The notes beneath the pieces are model-generated. The model was given only the letters and a program-made list of their open reading frames with translations, had not been told where the DNA came from and ran no database searches. The position numbers and the translations under genes were made by a program. DNA of 64,000 nucleotides, taken from the NCBI GenBank assembly GCA_973895155.1, contig OZ316899.1:4467241-4531240 (forward strand), in the 5' to 3' direction. Shown piece after piece: positions 24,601 through 35,595 of the stretch (its first letter is position 1; every line of letters begins with the position of its first letter). This stretch comes from Marsupella aquatica (taxonomy: Eukaryota; Plantae; Marchantiophyta).

Positions 24601-26099
24601 GTAATTTTGTGAGCATCAGTTGTAAATGGAGAACCCTTTGCACTCCTTGGTCTGCTTCTCTGGTCCGGTGGTCATCAGTAAATGGTTTCGTGGGCAGCCA
24701 TTGTAGTTCTTGTGCTTTGACATGTCCGCTTCTAGCAAGGTCTTCGGTGAATGTTGGGAACAAATTCGTCTTCAAAAATTGACAGTCTTGGAACCTTGCT
24801 TTAAAGATGTCTGCTGTCATGGGTTCCAAGTACCTGATGATAGAACGTGAGGCTAGTCCCACGTAGATACCTCGTTGTTGCTGAGGTCCCATTTTGGTCC
24901 GTTTGGGGCCTAGTATTGGGACCAGGACCAGGCATCCAAATGTTCGGAGATGGGTAATGTCTGGTGGTAGTCCATATGCCAAGAAGTGGGGGGGTCTGGG
25001 TATTGAAGGAGGATGGCCTTATTCTTAGAAGGGCGGCCGCATGCAGGACCGCATGGCCCCAGGCTGAGGCTGGTAAGTTGGATTGCATTAATAGGGGCCT
25101 GACCACCATTTGTATGCGTTTTATTACTGATTCGGCAATACCATTCTGAGAGTGGACGTGTGGGACCGGGTATTTGGTATCTATCCCTGCAGTCTCACAG
25201 AAGTCGTCAAACGTCTTTGAGGTAAACTCCCCCGCATTATCAACTCTTATGGTTTTGATTGGGTTCTTTGGGAATTGGTGTTTAAGTTTTAGTATGTGGG
25301 ATAAGATTCTGGTGAAGACTAAGTTTTGTGTGGAGAGCAAGGAGACCTGTGACCATTTGGTGGAGGCGTCTATAATGACCATGAAGTATCGGAATCGGCC
25401 GGAGGGTGGTTCGATTGGTCCGCAGACATCTGCTTGTATCCTCTCTAAAAATTGTGGAATCTTTTGTATGGTTTTTGATGGTGTAGGCCGAGTCACCATC
25501 TTTCCCTATGAACAAGCGATGCAGGGTCTGCTCGAGGCTGAGGGGTGGACTCCGTGAGGTATGCCCACCGTGGTCTTCACAATATTGTGGTACATATTGG
25601 TGCCGGGGTGGCCCAGGCGATTATGCCAGATTTGAGTTAAGGTGAGAGTGGGTCGCTCAGTATGGTAAGAGTCAATCTGGGTGATGTATAAACCAGGGGG
25701 TAAATTGGTAAAATCTCTCGGACTCCTCCCCCTGGTTTAGTGTTGTCTAGTATTTACAGGACTTCTTGGTTGTTGTGGGTGTCTGTATGGATGTGTAGCT
25801 TATTTGCGCAGATGTCGTTGAAGCTGATTAGGTTCCTTGTGGCCCTTGGTGCGTAAATTGCTGAGTCGATGTAGATTGTAGTCCCTTTTGGGAATCTGAC
25901 TCTGGCCGGGCCATAGCCCTCCTCTATATGGTTAGGTCCTGTTATGGTTGTCATGGATCTGTTGGATGGAGTGATTCGGAGAAAATAATGTTTGTCTCAT
26001 AATATTGAGTGAGATATTCCGCTGCCCACAATGCAGTTGCTTTGGTCATTCGGAAGTGATGAGGTAGAGCCTAGTTGGGCGGTGTGGACCTCAGGTACT

Positions 26100-26344
26100 C
26101 TCGGGGGGGTCACTTCCATGGAAGTGGCATATCATGTGCGACGAAGTATAGGGCCATTTAAATGGTTTTGGCGGAAGACTTATTAAGTCTTCTATGGAAA
26201 TATAGGGTTGTTTAATTGCAAAATGCATACATGTCATCACATGATTGGTGCCATACAACTTTCTAGAAAGTGACTTAGGGGGGTCATAAATGACCCAAAC
26301 CGTCGCACGTGATGTATGACCCTTCATATAGTGACCCCCCCGAG
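26100..26344. mobile_element. MITE 1 (245 bp), perfect 15-bp TIR CTCGGGGGGGTCACT, 8-bp TSD
   Basis: TIRs 26100-26114 and 26330-26344. Flanks CAGGTACT/CGGGTACT. Inner inverted pair ATCATGTGCGACG/CGTCGCACGTGAT. Confidence 0.85.
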
Positions 26345-26460
26345 CGGGTACTGCTGGGTCTATTCTGTCATCTAGGGCCTCCATGTAGTTGCCCAGTGCT
26401 CCGTTGGTGGGTTGTTCCCGACTCTACTTATAAAGTGTGACCAGGTGTGCAGGTGCCCAA

Positions 26461-26746
26461 CTCGGGGGGTTGACTATCAAAAATCGTAGGAACCACGTGC
26501 GATCCAAAATAGGTATTTTTCATAGAATTAGCTAAATTTTTAAAAAGTGTAGGAAACAAAAGAAGATATTATAGACCCATATTTATAGAATATTCTCTAA
26601 TATATACCTTTTATAAAGTAATATAGGTCATTAATATTGAAAATAGAGAATGCTTTTGGAATATTCTCATTATAAAATAGGTGTGTTTATATTAGGCTAG
26701 GATCGCACATGGTACCCCAAAATATACACTAAGTTAACCCCCCGAG
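26461..26746. mobile_element. MITE 2 (286 bp, AT-rich), TIR CTCGGGGGGTT(G/A)ACT, 8-bp TSD
   Basis: TIRs 26461-26475 and 26732-26746. Flanks GTGCCCAA/GTGCCCGA. Removing it restores Gag (GHLQRDCRAPAHLVTLYK). Confidence 0.85.
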
Positions 26747-29618
26747 GTGCCCGACAATCTCTTTGTAAGTGTCCCTTTGTTCCGCACCTAAAGCATTTGG
26801 TGGGGTTGTTATTCTCTCGGTTCCAATTATAATGTCCCCTGGTGTGGCGTCCCCCACGGCCTCATCCTCTGAATCCGCCTCCTCTTCCTCTGTATCCGCC
26901 TCCTTTGTTAAAATTTCCAAATGTTTGGCCTTCTCTATCGGGTTGGCCGTTGCCTGTGCCAACTTGTTGATTTCTGCCCCTACTAGGGGTTCTGCCTCTT
27001 CTCCCCCTGAAGTTGCCATTGCCTCTCCCTCTGGGTTTGTCGTTCTGGCGGTTAAAGTTGGCTTCTGGTCTTGGCGGGGGTGCAGCGGCCCCTAGTGGGC
27101 GAGATTTGGCATTCTCCAGGAGGAGTAATTGGTGCTTTTTGGCAAGAAGGATATATGCAATCAGTTCAGAATATTTAGTGAAGTCCATGTTTCTGTACTG
27201 TGATGCCAGGAGTAGGTTTCCTGCGTTGAATGTTGAAAGGGTGCGCTCGATCATTTCATCATCGCTGATGGGGTGGCCGCAGACTGCCAGTTGTGAGGTG
27301 ATCCGAAAGAGTTCCCCATTGTAGCTTGCGATTGAGGTGTGGTCTTGGACCCTCAGGTTGATCCAGTCATGGCGGGCTACTGGCAGGGAGACGAGCCGCA
27401 TGTGGTCAAACCATAATTTCAGATCTTCCCAGAGTATTCTAGGATTATATTGGTTGAGATACTGGGTCTTGAGTGGCTCGGCCAAGTGATGTCGTATGAA
27501 AATTAGCGCTTTGGCCTTCTGTTGTAGTGTGAGGCCTGCATCAATTAGGATTGTGTCCTGCAAATCTTTGGATGCAAGATAAGCCTCAATGTCAAGTGAC
27601 CATGTTAAGTAATTTGCACCGTCTATGGCTAGTGCCTTGAATTGCAATTTTTCAATCGCAGTCATGTTTGTATTAGTGTATGTGCTGCCGGAGCAGCTTT
27701 AGCTGTAGTGTGATTAGACCGGGGAGTTCCTTCGGTAATCGGAAGTATCTCAATAAATGGAAATCATTTAAGTTTTCCTCGGTGTATCTTGTTTGAAATT
27801 GTGCAATCTTGGAAGGTAAGATGGGAATTTCTCTGATATTAGTCCGTGTACGACCATTCTTGATGGTCCGTTTGCCTTGTATCAACCTTCCTCGTGCCTG
27901 CTCCGATATTTTGCTCAGATGGTTGCTTTACGGGCCGTCCTCTCCAGATGTTGAGTAATTTGGTGGAGAGGTTCGCATTTTTCTTAGGTATCGAGTTCTG
28001 TTTGGGGAGGAGAGATCAATGTAAGGGCAAAGCTTGTATGGGAGAGAGGAAAGAAGAAGGTCTAATGATGGATGGCCGCGGCGTGAAGAGCTATGGAATC
28101 CCCAAAAAAGAAACTGAACTTTTTAGGCATATGCGTCTTCCTTGAACTAATGTGAAGGTTTTCCATCTGTCAAACGAAATTTGCTCGAGCTAATATGGAG
28201 AAAAAAAAAATGCTCAGATCAAGAGTCATGCTGATAACGTATTCAGGGACATAGATCTCATGCGCCAACAAACTCACTTCCTTCTATATCTTTGGGAGTA
28301 TGAGGGCTCCCTATATAGTACATAGCGTGGTGGTTATGTAACCACCTCTTGTGTCTATTCACTAGGGTAAGTCTAGTCTACCAGGGTTAGGTTTTTCACT
28401 TGTAACAGTTATCTCTTTGTGTGTAATTTTAGTGTAGTGCAAGGCTTTAGGCCCGAGTCAACTTTAAACCTAGAAGATTGAGTGAAAAATTAATAGGGAT
28501 AAATTTAAGGTAGAGTAACAATTGCCCTTTGGCGATACTTTAATCAAATCTTTGTAGGTCATGAAAAACTTTGATTTTTTGGTGAGTAGATAGATTTTTA
28601 GATAGAGAATCATCTCCTAAAAATTTCATGCAAAATGGACATGTTAACACTTGGCTCTTTGACACTTAGAATAATTTGTTGTTTTAATTGACTATTTTAT
28701 ACTATATGGAAATATTTTGGTATTTTATTAGTATACTTATATTAGTCCAAAAAGTTTGAGTTTTTGTCGGGTGATAGATTATAGATAGAGGAATGCATTG
28801 ACAAATTTTCAACAAAATGGTGAAATTGCTAGGCCGCTAAGCCATTTAGCCATTTCGTCCACTAGTACATTTTTGCAATTTTTCCGATGCTCCGGTCACG
28901 GCCTAAAAGAGGCGTCCCATGCCCTTTCTATCCGATATTTTAAGAAACGGTTTGTCCGATATAATACGCTTCGGAAACTACCATTCCAATTTTAATAACA
29001 TCAGACCACGTTACCCATACAAACTACATTGGAAATTACCGATGACGATCAAGTCGGACTTAGGTTCAAAATGTTCTATGGAGGTGTCCGATACCCATTA
29101 AATGGCATCCTAGATCCGATACAAAACATATCGGAAATATTCCGATGGTAATAAAATGGCATCACCCTTCCGAAGGTGGTCCAATGGCTAAGGTATGGCA
29201 GTGCGTATCCGACACAAGAAAGATGGGAAATAGGTCTGATGTGGTTAGTATGGCAAATGTGATCCGATGCGGTGAATATCGGATAGACCGGGTTTGGGGT
29301 TTTTTGAATGTTTTAGGTGAAGGTTTGATGGTTTCGGTTATTTGAAACATGGGAAAGGGTATGGGAAAGATGGGAAATTTTCAGTATGCATGCATGGAGG
29401 ATTTCCATCTGATCAAAGGACTTGAGTGAACAATATATCATTCATTCAAGAAATTCATATTTGAAGCTTGCATGCATGTTAATCTTTTGAGGTACATATA
29501 TGTGTGGAGTAATTGAATGTTATAATAGGTAGAACCAGATATATATATATATGATTCATTAATGCCGATAGAAGGAAAACGTACATAGAGGGCTTTTACC
29601 TACCTAGGGCTGCATGTA

Positions 29619-32600
29619 CTATAGAGAGGGGTCCAAATCCTCCACTATGACTACATTTGGTTGATCCTGAACGGTGGATCGCGAGCGAGGGATGTAAGGC
29701 ATGACAATGGACCACTCTGGGTCATCCCGATAGAGAAGATAAAATGCTTGCTCCAAATGATGGGGAAATGCAAATGGATCTGACGTTCTCCAACTGGCAC
29801 TAACAACACTACATGCACTTGCCTTCAACCATGTGAAACCATAAGCATCCTCTTCACAAGTCCGGTTGTGGCTGACTAGATTCATTTGAAACCACTTGCA
29901 CTTCAACACCACCTCCTCCAAGGTTGTATGTTGTTGATACTTGATGGTAAGAATCTCCTCAATTTTCCCATAGTGTGCCACAGTACTACGTACGGGATTT
30001 CTATCAGATGTGCTACTCTGTGAATCTTGGATGAACCACCCCATCACCCCACAATCTTGTGTTGCTGCCCTCTTCATATCAAGATGTTCAACTCGGAAAT
30101 GCCTCCCCTTTGACCACATGGCTGTTCGAGTTGTGACTGTAAGTAATGGACCATGAACCAAGGTGCGCATGTCACCGGTGGCCTCTAGGAAGTGCAAAAC
30201 ACTCTCACCCCGACCCAACAAGGCATCAATCTCTGCCAACTTCTCCTTCATATATGGGAGAAACTTTGGGAAGAGGCGTGGCCATTGACTATTCTGCTTC
30301 TCCTCCTCATAATAGGTACTCCACTCCCCTGCAATCTCTGGAGAGTTATACAACATGAATGTGGTGAGCTGGAGGCACTCAGCAGACCCTAGTAGTTGTT
30401 CTCCCTTTGCTCCTGTGAGTCTATCATCCTCATAGTCTGCCTCTCGTGCTGCTTCATCTGTCCATCCCCTTGGAGCATTTGGATCAAGTGTAGCCACAAT
30501 ATTTGTACAATAGAACATACTTTCTGCTCCAAGGTGACGCTCAGCAATGCTACCTTCCACCCTAGCACGGTTTGACACATACCCCTTCATGACTCCCATG
30601 TACCGCTCTATCCAATACATCCAACGACAATGTACAGGGCCTGCAATTGCCACTTCACGCACTAGATGTATGAGAAAATGAACTTGACCATCAAAGAAGG
30701 AAGGAGGGAGTGCTCGCTCCAACTTGCACACTACCTCCACTCCAAACACCTCCATGGCAGCAATCTCATCCTCATTCACCTCCTTTTGACACACCCATCT
30801 CAACAACCTACCCAATGACCAAAGGGCATCCCGAAGATCCTTGCTGCCCAATCCAATAATAGCAACTGGAATAACATGCTGCAAAAGGCGATGGTAATCA
30901 TGGGTCTTCAAGAAAGCTGGCCACTTTGGAGAGTCATCTCCACCAAATGTCTTGCAAAGATTGGCACCATACCCTGTAGGAAACCGCATTGACCCTATAC
31001 GTTTGCAAATCTGTCCGCTCATTGCTCGTCAAAACCCATGGGGGATGGATAGTAAGGGGATGATCAGGATCATCCATAGATGGCCAAAAACCATGAAGTC
31101 CATGCATCCCCATCTCCTCACAACTCTCTCTCTCCAGTTGCTGTTTTTCTCCCCATATAGATGTTGGATCAATGACCTCCCAACATTTCCCTCAATATGC
31201 ATAGGGTCCAATAGATGGTTAATGGGCATGTGGCCCCAATATGGAAGTTGTGATAGTGCTGACAAACGGGTCATTCCGCATCTAGCCAAGGGTATTGGGT
31301 CATCTGGGTCAGTGACCCTCTCCCATACCTCCTTCCAATATGCTGGGTCTTTTCGTTGAGGGTGAGGACGTGTATCTGGTTGAACCAACTCTGTGTCATA
31401 CAAAAATGGATCATACCTCCATTCATGCTCTTCTGGAAGATACTTTGTGTGACCAATGTAAACAATCTTCCGTAGGGTGGTAGACTTTGGGCGCGCCACT
31501 CCCTCCAAATCGGGACCACAAGTCGGGCAAGCTCGGTATCCAGAAGTTTGCAAGCCAGAAACACATCCAACCCTTGAACAAGAATGGTAACAAAACACCA
31601 CAAATGTTTCAAAGTAAGTTCATTTTCAGAAGCAACGTACCTAAGGGACAAATCCTATTTAAAATTGAGCATACATTTACAGATAGACCATGCAATGCAA
31701 AGCCATATGTACGTAATTTAATTTAAAGGAAGTGCCACAAATCCATATTCATACCTGGAAGATCATGCATGGTCCACATAAGAATGGCCTTCAACTTAAA
31801 ATGACGGGGTAAGCCCCCCGTATGCACTCGGCCATCATAGCAATCCACTCCTCTCCATAGCTCTTTTAGCTCCTCAATCAATGGTTGCAAGTATACATCA
31901 ATCTTCTTCACTTGCTTAGGACCAGGGATAATCATGGATATGATCAAATGACCCTTCTTCATGGCCATCCATGGTGGGATGTTGTAGTTAGTGAGGACTA
32001 CTGGCCATATTGAGTATGGTTGGGCCTTGCCAGCCATTGCAAAAGGGCTTATACCATCTGACGCCAAACCAAGGCGAACGTGACGAGGATCAGTCTTGAA
32101 ATCACCCCAACAATCCTCCACAAATTTTTTTGCAGGGGAGTCAACCATCATGCACATGGTAGGTGGATCCAAACTCATGTTTGAACGATGTTGGGAATGC
32201 CATACCATATACTTAGCCAACTCTGCACATCAAAACTGGTGACACAAACGAGGAATAAGGGGAAAGTACCTCATAACCTTTTGAGGTACTTTTCCAGTCA
32301 ACATATCCTCACGATATCTTGGGGCGTTGCAGGTGGGACATGTCACTGCATCCTTGTGCTCTTTAACAAAACACAATCATTCACACAAGCATGTATGACT
32401 TCGTACTTGAGTCCTATGGACTTCAACACTTTCTTTGCCTCTTTCCACGATGCTGGCAAGTTGTTCCCTTCTGGCAATATACACTCATGCAATGTCCTGA
32501 AAATATCATCAAGGAGCAAGTTGCTTGCTCTGTGTCTTTGCTGCAAGTTCAGTAATAACATGATTGCCGAAAGTCGAGATAATCTGGACCCCTCAAATAT

Positions 32601-34590
32601 GCGAGTTCGTGCATGCTCCCGAGCCTCCTCCCACTGTTGGGAATGTGATTCCCGTGGAGGAATGTGACCAGAATGAGGAGGTAAGTCAATGTCCTCCCAA
32701 TCACCCATGTCATGATCACCTTCCCCTACATCCATGAACTGGTGCATCAATTCATCCATAGCCTGCTCCTCATGCACTCTTTCTTGGGAAGCATTAGGTA
32801 CTTCATGTGGAATGTTTGCATTCGTTTTTTTCAAAAAAGTCAAGGGATCCTAAAGTCTTTTATATTTTTGAATCTCATTTTTTAAAGAGTTTGAATCTCT
32901 CATAGCTTTTGCAGTAATGAAAGAAATTATCCCTTCAAAAATCAATAAAAGATTTTGAAGAAGCGGATGTTTTGGATCATAAAATTTTTTATTGATATAT
33001 TTTCAAATTTATGGAAAGAAATTCCAAAGCGTTGTTTTCATCGTAACCTTGACCCCCTTCCTGACCATGCATGGCCTCACGGAGATGTTGTTGCATAGCT
33101 TGTGATAGTACCTCAACATCTGGTTGAGCAAATGTATTCTATACATAGAACAACAATATTGATATTAGGCCATGGTGGTTAATTAACTTAGTCAATTATT
33201 ACAGATCCATGTCTTTCTGACCAATAACACATGAAAGTCTGACTATGTCAAATTTTATATATATACAAAATTGGATGTACATGTATGCATATATGTGCTA
33301 TGAAGGATGACAGCGTATGGCCATCTTAGGCGCATCCCAATCATAGTCACAAAATATCTCCTCACCAGCCCTAATAGTCCGTATGGCTACAGTCATAATA
33401 TGGTCATCCATATGCTTGACATAGTAAGGTGGTGGTGGTGCCCCCAAAATTTGAAGCCACTCTACATTTGGTTCAAGTCCTCTCCCTCTCCCTTTGGTAC
33501 TATTGATGTACCCAGCGATGTTATCACATCGCACAGGATCACCATCAATCATTCTACAATGCCAAGGCCTCTTGAGGACCTCATCCGGATCAGAATCCAT
33601 CTGCAATGCATACACCCCCCATGCTGGTTGTTGCCGCAAAATAATGTTCCAGTTTTTGGCAGTGTATACGGCACCAATATAAGGAAACAAGTGCTCCCCA
33701 TCATAACCTCTCCGCCACGGCTTCGGATGGACCACAATGTCCTCCATAGCAAATAACCCAAGTCCTACATCAACACCAAGGGAGGATGGCTTGACTATCC
33801 ATTCACGCCCCCATATCTCTACAGGGGCATCGGTGGGTATGCCAGGAGTGATTCTAAATATCTCAGATGAGAAATCTTTCAAGACAATCATTGCCTTTCC
33901 TGTGAGATATGACAACCCAACCTACCCTCCACTACCACGTAATCCTCACCCCGCTCTACCAAAGCAGCATGGACCAAATTTGGGCCTAGGGACTTGCGAG
34001 TGGCCAAAGGTTCATAATGTCTCCGATGTCTATGGGAGCGAGGTTGGGTGCGTAGAACCCTAGTACATGGAGGTGCCTCTGGCTCACCCATCTCTGTGTC
34101 CTCCACTGGTCCCGGTATAGTTTGGGCCTCAACATGGGGAGGACTATGAGGAAGGGGTGTAGAAGTTGATGCAAGTAGCCCTCTTGCATGACCCAAAAAT
34201 GTCTCTAGCCACAGGTCATTAGAGACCAATGGACGGCGGGGCCTATGGGGCACCTATTCATTCACAAATAAACCCAAAATTAATACATGTATGATGACGC
34301 GCAATAAGGGGCAACTTGTGTTTCCTCCACAAATTAGTCCGGTTAAAAGGTAGGGAGCATACCTCATGAGTTGAATGTCCTGGTAAATCACCCTGGTGCC
34401 GTCCATGATTCTCAATATGCTCAATGGTCTCCCAAGCTTGGCGAACAACCATTCCCTTACATCTTACACACCAACATGGAATGGGGCCAAGAGGAGGACG
34501 CCAAGACCTAGCAGGGGGAGGAGCAATATCCCCCTCAGAAGATGACGAGTTTGAGTCGGAATCTGAGTCTGAACTCCCAGAAGTTGACAT
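29619..34590 (-). pseudogene. tnpD: CACTA TnpD/Tnp2 transposase, spliced. Predicted exons 34590-34363, 33138-33048, 32782-31755, ~31570-29619
   Basis: Transposase-associated Zn motif PIPCWCVRC...HIENHG; HACVNDC...CPTC; PRHVRLGLASDGISPF; WPVVLTNYNIPPW; MHDLP; DPMHIEGNV; LKTHDYH; GPVHCRWMYWIERYM; C-terminal VLKCKWF...DPFAFPHH. GT/AG junctions are phase-compatible except the last acceptor, which is unresolved. Frameshift at ~32363 and a stop at ~32235. Confidence 0.88.
33298..34253 (-). CDS. SET-domain (lysine methyltransferase fold) exon inside the CACTA element; probably spliced to exon 34590-34363; 1-nt frameshift at ~33917 in this copy
   Basis: ORF 33298..33915 contains KPSSLGVDVGLGLFAMEDI, LFPYIG, YAL, IDG...NIAGYINS, PNVEW and VAIRTIRAGEEIFCDY, i.e. 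the conserved SET motifs in the correct order. No pre-SET or post-SET Cys cluster. Confidence 0.82.
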
Positions 34591-35595
34591 CTGCCCATCA
34601 TAGGTACACACCTCATCTCAAAATCTCCCTCATATTAAGTCTCACACAATTGAATTGGAATATATGCAAGCTTATAAGAGGTAAATAAAACATACACACC
34701 CACACACACTATACATCTTACCTGAATGATATCCGTGCTCAACAATGCCTAATAGGATCTTGGCCTTAGGATATATCCTAAGACAATATCCAAAATGTCT
34801 GCAAAAGGTGGTACCATGATAAACTTAGCTAGGGATGTATTCCCACAAATGTGCCCAACAATGACCAAAAGGTTGGAGCCACAAATTCTACAAGTGTCCA
34901 CCCTCGTATCAATTTAGGGAGTGCATCATACCTTTTGGATGCACGGGCTATCACAATGCATATGGCATTGCAAAATTGGACCCTAAAAAAACAAAGACAA
35001 ATTCAACAACCCAACCCTCTCCAAACAAGTACTGCACAATACACACACAAGGTTAATACCCTATGTTTGGCCTCCCACAAAATATTGCACATCACATATA
35101 ACAAAAGACCATCACATATTGGCAGGAAGTACAATATAATGGCAAGAACATACCAGCCTATATATATATATTACCCCAAAATTTGTCCATTTGGATAAAT
35201 TGCCGCACTACAATGTAACCATCCGATCAAAAACCACGTTGGCGAAACAAAACTGGGACCACCCAAAGCAAACCTACATTTCATTGCAAGTAAATGATGA
35301 AGTTAATATCCTTACAAAAACACTAATCCCAATTACCAACCCTATTCCCAACTACTATCCCATTACAAATTCATCGGAAACGTAGTCGGATGCCAAGCGG
35401 CAGTGAATGTCCGATGCTGGGACGAGGGGTCCGATTCTTATCGGATTGGACATTTGCGATGTTTCTAGTATCGGACATACAATCGGATAGTCAATTAGGT
35501 CGCCCGACTGAAGTGCGAGTGCACCTCAATCGGGCATTGTTTCGAAAGAGTGTCGGGCGGACTTGGCAAGCTCAATTGCGTGAGCTCTGGAGGTC

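Larger units (their letters stand above)
22447..27665 (-). pseudogene. gag-pol: gag-pol of Bianca element 2 (stops, frameshifts, two MITE insertions)
   Basis: Gag MTAIEKLQFKALAIDGANYLTWSLD; Zn knuckle CFRCGTKGHLQRDC (~26795-26750); INT IQADVCGP/RVDNAGEF; RT YGLKQSG; RH NDNRPC...DLFTKPL. Confidence 0.92.
21692..28407 (-). mobile_element. Ty1/copia LTR retrotransposon, Bianca-type (element 2), TG..TA termini
   Basis: 168-bp LTRs 21692-21859 and 28240-28407 (2 mismatches). TSD GTTAT. PBS (plus-strand view CATGCTGATAACG) 28227-28239. PPT (CTCCCCCTTG) 21860-21869. Confidence 0.95.

Noticed and set aside
26729-27019. 96-aa acidic ORF as an extra gene
   Set aside because: It is an alternate-frame shadow of gag. 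The true frame continues past the TGA at 26862 into the Zn knuckle, and the ORF's stop lies inside MITE 2.
28540-28855. AT-rich segment with weak internal duplication as a MITE
   Set aside because: No convincing TIR or TSD could be defined.
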